Source: Cycas panzhihuaensis (Eukaryota > Plantae > Cycadophyta). From it: a stretch of 64,000 nt of DNA. The translations under genes and the position numbers were made by a program. Numbering within the stretch: position 1 is the first letter of the stretch; each line of letters starts with the position of its first letter. The notes beneath the pieces were generated by a model. That model saw only the letters and a program-made list of their open reading frames with translations. It had not been told where the DNA came from and did no database searches. The DNA is taken from the NCBI GenBank assembly GCA_023213395.1, contig CM041465.1:150357741-150421740 (forward strand), in the 5' to 3' direction. Below, piece after piece: positions 42,571-56,844 of the stretch.

Positions 42571-45500
42571 AATAATATGGGGAAGGCTTTGAATGTTGAA
42601 TCAAAAATTCCTGCATGAAATACTTTATCATTTCATTAAGGATGCTGCTTCTTTGATCCGAGACAACTTCTAACAGGCAGTCGAACTGAATAATTATCAT
42701 TTCATATAGAAATTAGGCTATACTTTGAGCGTCGTACGTTCTTATTGCCTTGGCTTCGATCCACTTTGTTAAAAAATCAGTGGCGACTAGAATGTATCTC
42801 GTATTTGTACAATGAGATGGTGGGCTAATAGGTCAAATAAAGTCTAGTCCCTATTTTTCAAATGGAGTTTAAGGTAATATAGGACCCAAAGGCATGAAAT
42901 GATTTTTTACTAGCTTCCCCACTCGTTAGCATATGTCATAGCTCCGCATCTATTTTTGTACATCTTCAAAGATTATAGGCCACCAGAGTCCTGCCTATAA
43001 GATTTTTTTACTTGTTGATTTCATATCTTGTTGTTTTGCTATGACTCTTTCATGGGCTTCTCTAATGGTAGCTTTTACTTTGTGTTCCATTATGCATCTC
43101 CTTAAGATTTGATCAAGTCCCATTCTATACAATATTTCTTGAATTAGTTGGAAAGAGAAAGTTTTCTTAATGAAGCTTTGTCATTCAACACATTCCATCC
43201 CCAACGCCATTTGTCCTATTGATAGAAATCATGCTATATCCTAGTACCATTTAGGTATTGCTTGGATGGAAAATAATTTTGCATTTAGAAAATCATCTTG
43301 GATTCCTGTTACTAGTTCCCCATCCACTTCCCTCAATAGTACATTTGGAATTGTATGCTTGGCTCCTTTCTTGACAATAACCTTGAAATTGAACTCTTGG
43401 AACAACATGAGCCACCTACTAATTCTCCCTTGGACTATAGTCTTATTAATTAACTATTGAAGCGCTTGATGATCTACAAAAAAACAAACAGATTAGCCAA
43501 TAAATAGGGTTTGAACTTCTAGAGAACATATACTATCTCCAACCCTTCTCATTATATGATAGAGTAATTCTTTTCAACCTCTGTTAATTTTTTGCTTGTA
43601 AAATATATTGGTAGATCGATTTTGTCATTCTCTAGTTGTGTTAATACACACCCAATTAGAAACAGAGAAGCATCTACATATACATAGAAAGATTTGTCCC
43701 AGTCTGAAAATCTATAGATTGGCGCTTGGGCTATCTTCTTTTTCAATAGTTTAAATGCCAACTACTTTTGAAGTTGCCATTGACATTTTGTCTTCTTTTT
43801 TAATAGGATTTCAAATGGGTTAACTATCCGGACATAATTTTTTATGAACTTCCAATAGTACCCTATCATCCCTAGGAATCCTTTAACCTATCTTTGTGTT
43901 TTTGGTAATGGAAAGTTTAAAATCACTGCCACTTTACTTGGATCCATTAGTAGTCCATCTTTTGTCATCACATATCCTAACAGGGTTCCAAATGGCACCA
44001 TGAATGTGCATTTTGTAGGGTTTAAATATAAATTGTTCTTGTTGTAAGTTTTCAATATCAATCACAAATAACCAAGGTCATTTTTTAATGGAGTGAATAA
44101 TGTTCAATCGTCCAAGAACACTTCGATTGTCTTCTCTATTGTTTATTTAAAAATATTAAGAATAACTCTCTGAAATATTATAGGGGCATTTGTTAACCCA
44201 AACAACATTACTTAGAATGCATAAGTACCCCACTTGGTAACAAAAGTTGTCTTTAATTGGTCTTTTGGTGCAATCTAGACCTAGTTGTGCCTATTAAATC
44301 TATCAGTAAATGAGTACACCTTATGTCCTACCACAGTTTTTAAAATATCCTCTGTAAAAGGAATTAGAAACAAATCCTTTTTAGTAGCTTTGTTTAAAGC
44401 TCTGTAGTCGATGCCTTTCAATTTCCTATTTTTTTTCGGGATGACCATTATGGGACTTATCTATTCACTATTATCAACCTAAAAAATGTAATATGCTTCC
44501 AATAACTTATCTACTTCAACTTTAACTCTTTCCTTGTATTTAAGATTTATATGGTATGGCCTTTACCTTATCAGTTTAGCCCCTTCTATCAACTTAATTT
44601 TGTGTTCTCCTAATTTTGGTGGGATGCCTTTTAAATCTTTATATGACCAGACATATACATTCTTATATTCTAGAAATAGAGAAGTTACTTGTTGCACCAT
44701 TTCTTACTTTCCAATAATCACCTAAAGTGATCATTTGTGGTTGTTCTTCTATTTCGATATTGATTTCTGACATTTTAATTTTTTCCCACAGTACTGTTTT
44801 GCCATCTGGGCCTAGTGTATAGGCTGGCGTGCTATCTATGCTATGCTCTCCATATTCCAACATGGAATGTTGTTTCTATAGATTTTCTTCTTCAATCTAA
44901 AAGTAATGTATTTCATTTTTCTAGATTTTTTTTCTTTAATTTTTTCATTTAAAATAACAGTTTGATTTATTCTTTTAGTGAAGATTCCTTCAATTTCTAA
45001 CTGCCAAGTCCAATCATTTTTTTCTATTTTTGAACATACTCTTGAAATCTTATTAATAAATTTTTACTTGTTTCATGCCAAGAATTAGAATTTTGTGTAT
45101 GAATAGCATACCAATTTCGGGATTGTTTTATCTAAGAACAAGAAGATACAAAGTACCATAATTGCTGCTGCCATTTATTCTTCATGGTTTTAGTACATAA
45201 TTGTAGATGATTTTCTGCTTGTTTTGAGTGACCATTATGTTTGATCAATTTATTGATTATAGAGATAGATTTTTCTTGGACCTTTCTTCCTAACAGAGGT
45301 GACTCTGGTTGTCTTTCCTCCTTGCCCTCTTTCTTTGAAGAATCCATGCGGCATTCCATATAGTAACATGTAGCCATTTCTATTTCTTCCCAAGCATTAT
45401 ACAACTAGTTCAACATATAGGAGGATGAAGGGCTACTTGGTATCCTTGATTGCATTTGGAAAGTTGTTTTAGAGCAAGAACTTACTGTAGGTTTTGTAGT

Positions 45501-48071
45501 TGCCATTGTAGATGAAACTCTTCCTTCATCTTCAACTTTTTCTATCTTTGGCCCATTTGAGTATAAGGGAAAAGCTATAGTTTTCTCTCCCACTGGCAGG
45601 GTAAATGTATGTCTCTCTCAATCCTAAATTGCCTTTTATAGCCAGTAACCATGGTCTTTCCAACAAATTTGGATACGTCTTCCTTTGGTTTTGCATACGT
45701 ACTACGGTAAAATCCAAAACCATAGTTACTTCTGCAACAGTTACTAGAACATTCAATAATATTCCCATGGGCCTAACTTGTACGTGATTAGCTAATCTAA
45801 TCGAATAGTCTAGGACAACCACGTTAGGCCTTCCCAAAGTTATCCATGAAGATTCAAGTAGTATATTTACTTCCAAGTCCCCATCTACAATGGTTCTATA
45901 TAAAGTGGTTCCAAACACCACCATCAGAACTCTAGGGTCTATTCCTGTGTCTTTTATAGTTCTAAGAACTAGCTTTTCAATTTAATCTAATACCATTTGT
46001 TGAAAATACCCTACTTTCCACCACTAAAATACTACTGATATAGGGATTGAAACTCCTAATTCAGTAAGTACATCTTTTATAGTTTGCAACCTTTGCTAAG
46101 GATTCATACCTTCCAATGGTTGTGGTGTCCTCCTTTTGTAATGTGGGCCTTTAAAGTTTCCCTGTTGCATTTCCTCTTGAGTTTCCTCCATTGCATCTTG
46201 AAGGACCTTTACTACCTCTTGCAATCATTTCTTTTTTACTATTGGAACTGGGAAATTATCTTGAATAGGAGGAGGTCATATTGATTTTCCACTTCGTGTT
46301 TGCAAGTAAGCTGGCTTTTTTGGATCTAAGATCGCGTCTACTAGATTGGTATTTTGTACTTTATTATTCTTTGGACAATTAGACCATTCACGATCTATTG
46401 ACCCACATTCTTTACAGATGTATTCTCCTCCTTTCTTTTCTAGAAGACACTCTGATCTATAGTGCCCCCATCTCTGGCATAAGAAACAACAAATAGGTCT
46501 TGTCTTACCCTTGTATTGTCTTGCAACTTTGTGTTCCATTTTTTGTTAATAGACGTTATGTATTTTTCCTTCATTGTTCTTAGTTCTAAAATAACACTCC
46601 CATATGTTATGATTGTGTCTTCAGTAAATTTCACACCATTTCATAGATCCTCCATGCTCATTTTTTAAATGCTCTTGTTGATTGTAGGGTGGGGGACACC
46701 AAATGTTTTCTCTTGATTTTTCTAGTCACAACTAAGACAACTCTATACGAAGTTTTTCTAGCTTCTGATTGTGTTGCATACTATTTAGAATTGAAACTAC
46801 AGGTTGTTGCTCTAATGCTTCCACCTCTTTCTTTAATGATTCAATTTGTGGACTAGTACCCATTTGTGGCATCTATGCAGGCTGTACCGACATGCTTGTT
46901 ATCGGACAATATACTGAGGGTTGTATCGCCATTTGAGAATAGGTTGATTTTATTTAATTTTTGAATTTTAGTGCTTATTTGCTCGTAATTGTTCATTGGA
47001 TGTTACTTTATCTCTAAGTTGAGGTATCGATCCTTGAATGAAATATTTCATCACCAACATTGGATTGATTGCTGTTGCTGATTGTATTTTATTCATTATA
47101 ACTTGCATCCTTCTATTAAAATCATTCATAGACTCCCCAAGATACTAGCGAATTTCTTCCAAAGCCTGCAAAATAGCTATTGGGTCCCTCAATTTTTGAA
47201 ATCTATTTAGAATTAGTTCTTGTAATTGATCCCAATTTAATTGTTGGGTTGCTACATATTAGAACCATGCTACTGCAGGTCCCCTTAGCATTAAAAAAAA
47301 TGAGCTTTGATTTTTCCTTGATCCATGATTCTTTTAATTTGAATTATGTTTTTAAATAATGTTAGATGGTCACTTGGATCTATGGTTCCATTAAATTGAA
47401 GGCTCAAGAACATTGAATCACTTTGCACCACAAATATACAGGGTTGTGTTTACTTGATTTCTTCCCCCTAATATCCCACTTTGTCCTCCCATAGTTGGTG
47501 CATTACTGCCTGTTACACCTCCTATACTACTACCTGGGGTCACCAGTCACCATTGGTAGTTTGAACAAGGGATTTATTATATGGCTTGGAGTTTGAATCT
47601 CTAATAAATGATAATTCTAAACTTACTCCGCTACACTATATATCCCCAACTTGATGTAATTTTCTTCCTGTATTGATACGTTTTCTTTTCACAAATTTTC
47701 TTCAATGGAATCTTGCTAACTATTTTTGTCTGTACTCACTAATCGTACCTCTTTTATCAGATCCTCTTCTTTTATACACCTCTGATCAATTTCTTCATTT
47801 GCCTGCATCTTGGTTATGCTTAGATCTTGATCTTTTACTTCATCCTCATTTTTCAACTTCCCCTTCTATGTTAAACACGCATATGGTCGCCTCTTTACTT
47901 GCTTCCTTGGTGTAATTACAAATATGGGTTTACGTACTCCTGCTTGGAGTCTTTACTTTTCCCAATGCTCCCCTTTATCACGACATGTTATGGCTTCTAC
48001 TCTAGGTGGCATATAAGAGGACTCAAAGAATTATTTAATTGGTCTCATCCATCATCATTTCCCTGGCTCAA

Positions 48072-48087
48072 TTTGGTAATGGAACCA
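48072..48087 (-). promoter_or_regulatory. PBS complementary to the tRNA-Glu 3' end
   Basis: Plus strand tttggtaatggaacca vs remembered plant tRNA-Glu 3' end cccggcaacggaacca; all five mismatches are C>T; 1 nt from the LTR. Confidence 0.75.
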
Positions 48088-48892
48088 ATGTGTGCTAGTG
48101 TCCTTCGTCACGTACAGAACATACATAGAAATTACAATAGGTTGCAACGATTCATCACAATATTGAGACATGAAGATGTAAGAGAATAAGAACCATTATC
48201 ATTACATTATGACGGGTCACTTTGGTCCTTTCACAACCAAAGACAACCCATAACAGTGCACATAAGAGTAGAATTTACACAACAGACATGGAATGTAAAT
48301 AACTACATTCTGTGTGACAATGGACAGAGGGTGACTTTTGACCTACAAGAGCCGTTGCCCATCTCTTTATAATATGATATTTATACTTACTATAACTTTG
48401 AGTTAGTTTCAACCATACAAACAAAAGGGGTTGGAACTCAAATGACCGTATACAACATCTCACCAAGATTTGGTAGTTGCACTCTTAATAATAGCAAAAG
48501 ATCATTACAAACTAACCATTCCTAATTCAAGAAGAGCCACCATCTGAAACACACGAGAGAATTGGAAAAAAAATGGAAGAAATTAATTCTAAATAATGAT
48601 AGAGAGCCATGGTCATATATCTAGAGACAAGTAGAAAAGCTCTAATTATTAACCTATGTGTTGCTTTGTATCTACATCATCTTCATGTATAATACCAATA
48701 AGTAAGCACAAGGGAAATTGTGCATATACTTCTAGTCAATCTCTATTATACAATAGTCTTATCATTAAGTAAACGATAACACAGAATCAACCAGGGTGAA
48801 TACAAACCATAATCATTATATTAATGATGGGTTGCATCTAGTTCTCTCAAAACCAGAGACCTAGAATAACATATAAGGTTATGGCTAATACA

Positions 48893-51800
48893 TGTCAGAA
48901 GATCATAAGTATGTAATGTTAGGACATTTACAGATTAGATGGTTATTAGGAAGTTACAACCTCTCACTGTATATATTCTACACATTGTGCATTAGTAAAT
49001 ACAATCTTTTTCCATCAATCTTTGATGTTTCCATCCAACATGGTATCAGAGCAGGCCGCTCTATCACATTAAGCAGATCTTGGTGTTTATGTGCCAGATT
49101 GAAGGATATTTTAAAGTAACACACAAGGAGGTGTTTTGACAAAAGATTCAAAGATAAGACAGGAACATTCAGAAGTTGCAAGCATTTTGCCTGAAGCCAC
49201 CACATGCACCTGTACGGATCCGTACAACTATACGGTCAAAAGTTTTCAAGTACTCAGATTAAGACCAAACTTGGCCAGATTGTAGATCAAGATGTCCTGA
49301 GCATATTTTTCTTTTGGAGTGAGTCCATTCGAAGGCTTTTTCAAGGTCATTTTCCCCTTTTTCAGGTCTGCATTGATTTCATCTCTGCAAGTGAAATTTC
49401 TCTCGTTTTTTCACATTCTTTGGTTAGATTTTCTTCAAGAATATATCATTGCTATATTGCACCTCCCCTCTGAGCATTTTCATCTGGATTTATGGCATTT
49501 TTTTCCATTTTTTAAGCAATTTTCTCTAAAATCAAGGGCACCAGCCATACCATTTTGAGGCATGTTTCTCCCCGATCTGAGATCCAAATTAGAAAATAAT
49601 CACATATCTGGACTCGTCTCAGTGTTAGCTTTCTTTTGAGGTATCATTTGTACCTATCCGTATAGCTTTTGTACGATACAGAAATCTATACAAAAGTATG
49701 GCCTAGGGTTTCAGAAAGCTAGTTCTGAGTTCATCATGGCTTCATCAGTGTTTGCCTTGTCTGATAGTGACAAATTAACTGACAATAACTATCATATTTG
49801 GAAAATTAAAATAGAGACTCTACTTAGAGCCAAAAATGCATGGCATATTGGCACTGGGACTGAGTCAAAACCTAAAGAAGCAGGGGCCACTCAAACAAAT
49901 TGGGAAGAAAGAGATAGTGCTGGGGTAATTATACTAAAGTTATCAATTTCTAACCCACTTCTTGTTTATATTGAAAACCTATACTCCACTGCTAGTATAT
50001 GGCAATATCTAGAGAACATGTACAGTAAAAAAAATAGAGCCAAAATAATATATCTAAAGGCTGAACTGTTCAATCTCCAAATGAAAGAGATTGAGACTAT
50101 CACTGAATTCTTACATAAAATAATCTCTCAAAGAAATAGCATTATTAGTGCTGGTGACCCTCTTACTGAACGAGAACTGGTAGAACTTGTCATTAGCAAA
50201 TTGCCCAGATCTTTTGACGTCACAATCAATACTATCACCAATGCCAATCAATTGGCAACCATGTCCTTAGATTTGCTAATAGGACTACTCTTGCAACAAG
50301 AACAAAGAAATGAAAGGTATGAAGATGCTGCAGATCTTGAGGATGCCTTTGTATCTAGGTTGAATTTGGGATCCAGAGGTCGAAGCAGGGGGCGTGGAAG
50401 AAATCTTGAGAACTATGGCACATCAAGCGGATGATGGCGAGACTCAAGTAGCACATCATGAGGAAGATGGCATGATTCAAGGGAAAGAGATAGAAGCATC
50501 ATATGTTACAGTTGCAGTAAGACAAATCATTTTGCCAACTCTTGTAAAGCTTTTGATAAATGTTATCATTGTGGTCAATTTGGACACTATACATTTTAAT
50601 GTAAGAAAGCAGATATCTAGAGAGGGAAGAAACTAATAGGAAATTTAGCAAAGAATAGACTAACAACGATGACCAAGATGAAGAAGAAACAATAGCTTTT
50701 TTTGTTGCTCTAACAACAAACTTGTAAGATAAAGAAGTTTGGTACATTGACTCTAGAGCTTCACACCACGTGACCAATCGAGAGGAATGGTTTAAATATT
50801 TACGGCCTTATACTGCAAATAAATCAGTGGAACTTGGGGACAAATACTCTCTCAAAATCAAGGGAGTGGGAACAATTGCGGTCAAGATCAAAGACAAGAT
50901 CAAAAAGATAGGTGATGTCCTCCTTATGTCGGATTTGAAAATGAATCTCCTCTCTATTTCCTAATTGAAGAAAAAGCGGATGTGTACTCTTTTTGATGAA
51001 AAAGGGTCCTATTATATTTATGACATGAAAAATAATGGGAATATAATTGCAAAAGGGGTTGAATGTAATGACCTATATAGGCAGATTTCATAACCCACTT
51101 TACCTAATGTAAAATCATGTACTGCTACAAGCAATAATGATAAAGTATGGCACTTCAAGTATGGACATCTTCCCATGGAAAAATTAAAAAATATGGAAAT
51201 AAAAAATCTGGTGATTGGATTACCTCATATCACATCAAACAATTTTGTCTGTAAAAATTGTCAGTCTGGCAAATAACATAGACTTCCTTTTCAAGAAAGC
51301 AAATGGTGAGACAAAGAAAAACTGGAGTTAATACACACTAATCTCTGTGGTCTCATTACTTCACACTCAATTAATAGGAAAAGGTATTTCATCACTTTCA
51401 TAGATGACTTCACCAAAACAATCTAGATCTATTTTCTGCATACAAAATCTGAAGCTTTTGACGCATTCAAAGAATTCAAAGCTAAAGTTGAACTAGAAAG
51501 TAATGCTAAAATCAAGTGCATAAGATCAGATGGAGGAGGCGAATACATCTCCAGAGAATTCCTAGAATATTGCAAGAATAGAGGAATACAGAGACAATTT
51601 ATAACTCCATATACGCCTCAATCTAATAGAGTTATAAAACGCAAAAATTGAGTCATTATGGAAATGGTACAAAGTATGATACATACAAAGAATGTCTCCA
51701 AGACTTATTGGGCTGAAGCTATCAACATTACCTGTTATCTGTTAAACAGGAGTCCAACTAAAGTAGTAATCCAATCTACTCTAGAAGAAGCCTGGACAGG

Positions 51801-54043
51801 AAGGAAGCTAGACATAAGTCACTTAAAAGTCTTTGGCAACCAAGCATTTGTTCATATTGTAGACAAGAAAAGGGCAAAATTGGACTAAAAAAGCATTGAA
51901 TGCATCATGGTAGGATACAACAAAAACTCAACAGCATATAAGTACATTGATCCCATAACTAACAAAGTCTATGTAAGTTGAGATGTCATCTTCAATGAGG
52001 AAGACAAAGAAGAAGATATCAATAAGACTCAGATGCTTGAAATACCTCAAATTCTTCCATGCAATCCTATAGATGAAGAAGAACCTAGTATTATCACTAA
52101 AGAAGTAGTCATTCACGATTTAAGTATAGGGTAGATATTAGAAAGTACCTCAGAAGTTGAAGGTGAAAATCTAAAAAAATTACCAAAATGGTATCTCAAG
52201 ACATTAGAAGAAAACAAGGGAGAAATTCTATCCCATCGAACAAGGAGCCAAAAACCAAAATCACTAATTAGCAATGTTGAACCACAGTCTTTCACAGAAG
52301 CCAAAAGGCATGTCGAATAGAGGAATGCTATGGATACTAAATTAGACTCCATCATCAAAAATCAAACCTAAGAGCTAGTTGAGTTACCCCCTAATAAGTT
52401 AGTTGTAGGCTGCAAATGGGTTTATAAAATTAAAAGAAGACCAGATGGAAAAATAGAAAAACACAAAACCAAGTTAGTTGCAAAAAGATACACACAGACA
52501 TCAGGCGTAGACTATGAAGAAACATTTTCTCCAGTGACCAAGATAAATATTGTTAAAACAATTATAGCCATCACAATATGCAAAAACTAGAAAATATATC
52601 AAATGGACTTCAAGAGTGCCTTCTTAAATGGAGAAATTGAATAAGAAGTCGACATGTCCCAGTCAGAAGGTTATATTAAAGTGGGACAAGAACATCTAGT
52701 CTGCAGGTTAAAGAACACTCTATACGGGTTAAAACAGGCCCCATGTGCCTGGTATGGTAAGCTAGACAATTACCTCTGTAAAAATGGCTTCCAAAGGTGT
52801 AGTTCTGATTCAATTTTGTATAAGAAAAGTAAGGATGGAGCAACAACCATTATAGCAGTTTATATTGATGACATGCTTATCATAGGAAATGATGAATCTT
52901 TTGTAGTAGAAATAAAGAAACAACTGGGAAACAAGTTTGAAATGACTGATCTTGGAATCCTAAGCTTCTACTTAGGGATTCAAATTTAATAATAGGATAA
53001 TTCAATCACCTTGTGTCAAAGAAAGTACATCAAAGATCTACTAACTTAATTTAGAATAGAAGACTGTAATCCTTGCTCTACTCCAATGGAAGTAAACTGT
53101 AATTTGACTCTAAATGAGGAAGATCATAGCTTTGATGCAACCTTGTACAGGCAACTTGTTAGAAGTCTTATCTATCTCAAAACAACTAGACCTGACATCT
53201 CATACGCTGTGAGTCTAATATCTAGATACATGTATGAGCCAAAGATAAGACATTGGAATGCCACCAAAAAGATCTTAAGATATCTCAGGGAAACAATAGA
53301 GTTAAAATTAAACTTTCTAAGAAAAACATCACTTCAATTAACAGGGTTCTGTGATTCAGATTGGGCAAGTGAGGAGGAACAAAGAAAATCCACCAGTGGC
53401 TTTTGCTTCTTTTTGGGCTACTCGCCAATCTCTTGGAGTTGTAAGAAACAAGCCACGATAGCATTATCTTCAATAGAAGCATAATATAAATAAGAAGTAA
53501 GCACTACCATAGAAGTAATTTGGCTCAGACAGTTGTTAAAAGATTTAGATATACATCAAAAGATAACCACCACTCTCTTCTACAATAATTAGAGTGCAAT
53601 CAAGCTAACCAAAAATCTAGTATTCCATGCCAGAACCAAACAAATTGAAGTTCAGCATCATTTCACAAGAGAAAAAGTACAAAATAAAGAGATATATCTT
53701 GTCTATTGTCCAATTTATGATTAGATTACAGATATCCTGACCAAACCATTAGAGAAAGAAAAATTTCAAATATTAAAAGACAAAATAAGATTAAAAGAAT
53801 AAAACATTAAGAGAGGGTGTTAGAAGATAATGTTTTATTCTAGGACATAAGTATGTAATGTTAGGACATAAATGCGTTAGGATATAAGTCCACCTTAATG
53901 AAATGTAATTATCTAGTGGACACGTGTCATTTACAGATTAAATGGTTATTAGGCAGTTACAACCTCTCATTGTATATATTCTACACATTGTACATTAGTA
54001 AATATAATCTTTTTCCATCAATCTCTGATGTTTTCATCCAACA
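48893..54043 (+). mobile_element. Complete, decayed Ty1/Copia element nested in the LTR of element B
   Basis: LTRs 48893-49040 and 53818-54043; TSD ATACA/ATATA; PBS TGGTATCAGAGC 49041-49052; PPT aagagaggg 53809-53817. Confidence 0.93.
49736..53802 (+). pseudogene. Copia gag-pol
   Basis: gag ORF 49736-50434 (KLTDNNYHIWKIKIETLL); WYIDSRASHHVT protease; integrase; RT LYGLKQAP and VYIDD; RNaseH GFCDSDWA, FHARTKQIE. Confidence 0.92.
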
Positions 54044-54489
54044 ATATAGTACAATAGAACTTACTTACAATTTGTACAGGCACATAGCGCTCTATACTCT
54101 TTAGCAAGTACTCACACAGACACCATATCTTTTATAAAAAACTATTACATACTCATAATCCTATTCTATAACTATTAAATGTCAAAATAGTTGTGGCTCT
54201 ATGGTTGGTTGCAACAACTTCCAACTATAGAATGTTGTCTTGCAGTTGCTCAACCAAGTGCTAATGTGACTTCTTTTCGTCTACCTTCCTTCCATCTAAG
54301 GTTGCAACTATTTTTTCTTTGAATTCTTATATTGCATAGCCTTTAGTTATGTTGCAATTGACATGTTTCCCTAACACACATCTCCCCTACCACTATTCTT
54401 ACAAGTGCCCTCACTCATATAAATTTTCAAAATTTCTAAAACTTTACAACTCCATTCCTTACCCCTCTAAATTTTTTGGAAACTATTAT

Positions 54490-56171
54490 TGTTGTTGGAT
54501 CTCCATCATTACTTGGAGAATAGTTTGGGGGTTAGGTCGACATACCGTGTTAGGTCATATAAAATTTTGATGTCCTGCTGCGCTTCTAATTAATCCATCA
54601 TAGACTTTTACCTTGAATATAGTTACTCAATTTCTTCTTAAAATTCATTATTTCTCAACTGAGTAGAAGCTAGTTGTCTTTGTAGTGAAGAAATCATGGT
54701 CCAATACTAATTAGCATGAGTAATCTCATGCTGTGTTTGCAGAATCAAACCCCCTAGCTTGTATGTTACCTTTTCCAATTTGGGTGGAATTTGTTTACTA
54801 AATTGACTGTAAAAAAAAATTATTTGATGTTCAACTCTAGATATATCATCTACCTAATGCATAATAAATTTTATTAAAAACTCTAATTTAGCTTCATAGG
54901 CTGCCAATTGGTCTTCTGCCTTCTGAAATCGCTACATATCAGGTGGTGGGCACTTATTTCGAGTCTCTAATTTAGTAATATACTACTGAGTGACTTTAGC
55001 CAAGAAGGAAGTTTTCCAGTGTGCCATATTATGTGATTTATACTCTATTAGATTTTTTCCCTCTTCTAAAAATTCCTCATTGGAGTCAAAATCCACATTA
55101 GTTGGTTAGTTGTTGAAGATTCTCATTATTTCTTTCTTTCTTTTCTCTGTGACTAATTTCTTTCTATTTTTCCTCTCTTTTTGTATAATCAAGAGCTTGG
55201 TTGATCATTATTTTGGCTGAGATTCTTCTTCCAAAATCTCTTGTTTAATAGGGACCTCACCTTCTCCTTCTTGTTTGCCTTTCCTAATGTCCTCCCTTTT
55301 ATTTTTCTCCTCCTTTTCACCTTCTTCATTTGTCTCCTTCTGTTCTTTTTAACTCTACTCTCTAGTTGGTGAGGTCACCTCTTCTTATTGCCTTTTACTT
55401 GTTACTTTTTTCTTAATGTAGGTTGGGGATTACTCAAATGCTTCTTTTGCAAGATCCAACTTTTTACTGCTCCTGAATTTGAATCAACCATTCCTTTTCC
55501 TGTGCCCACTTTTTGAAATACTCTATCTAATAAGTTGTTGCAGGTTAAGACTAGAACATTATGAACATAATAGCCCTTAAAGAAGAGTTTAGTGATTAAA
55601 AACTGTAGACTAAGTACTAATTTTAATATTATTCAAAATTTCTTAAAGTTTACCATATACAAAAGAAGCCCATTTAAATTTTTCTCCTTGTGCCACTTTG
55701 AAAAGCATGGAATGCATCTCAGTTGACACATACAAATTCTTCTAGCTTAGTATTACTTGAGTAAAAAGAAAATAAGTGACCTGTCATTATTGCTCAAAGG
55801 CGATGCTTGTGATACCTATTCTCGAAGTTGAAATATATGATAACTAAGCTCCTAACTATTGTGCTGTTTGCTCCCAAGTAATTCATTTATCCCCAGATAC
55901 CTCCTCTCCTATATTTTGTAAATTTAAAATTTAAGCTATCGCCTTTGAAGACATATAAAGTAGATTAGGTTTGTGCATAATCAAGCTAACCATTATAGTC
56001 AAAAAAATAGATGTGATTAAAAACAATCCTACTTGTATGTAATAAGTAAATTTTGCTTTTGTTAAATTCATCTTCTACTCATTTGTGGTTAGTATAGTGG
56101 CCCACTATGCTCAAATCCTCTCATCATCTATTTTTTGAAAAGACAATATGAAGTTTAAGAAGAATCTTCAT
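54490..56171 (-). pseudogene. Extra ORF of element B (homologue of 35481-37157)
   Basis: FLFTQVILS*KNLYVSTEMHSMLFKVAQGEKFKWASF; VDFDSNEE..HNMAHWKTSFLAKVTQ*YITKLETRNKCPPPDM*RFQKAEDQLAAYEAKLEFLIKFIMH. Ends approximate. Confidence 0.8.
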
Positions 56172-56844
56172 TCTACAGTCTCCACTAAAAATTTTGGGTG
56201 CTTGCTTTGGTTTACTATTCTTCACTTCTATTGGTTTCTTTAATAAAGTTGTATTTTATCTTGTACACCTTGTAAAACCAACATCATTTAGAATATAAGT
56301 TATCATGCCCAACCTTCTTGTTGCAACCAAGTCAGGTCTTTACCAACCACTGATGTGCATGATGGCCATTTATCAAAAAACAATCTCCTGCTACCACTAG
56401 CCATCATGTCTTTATGACTTTCTTTAATTTATCATTATTGTGATTTGATATGTCCCATTAATTGTACCACCTAAATCGTATCTACTTTATGGATGCATCT
56501 CTATAACCATAACTACTTTGATTATGAGTGCGGCTATCTTAGTTCTCCATTATGTTTAAGAAATTCTTTCAAGTTCAATTGACTACCTTGGCATAAAGTT
56601 ACAATGTTCCACTTTCCTTGCTGCAATTAACCCATGCAATTTCTTTATACTTGTTTTGCATACTTGATTACAATTTTCTATTTCAAAATTACTATTTGTC
56701 ATTCAAAGTTATGATCTTTTGATCACTATTATAACTTTGCCATCAGAATCTCTACGTCTGGTTATACTTTCCTCTTTAAAATTGTTGTATTTCTTGAGGT
56801 AGATTGTAATTTTCTGCTTACAATATTACTATATTCCATAAGGT

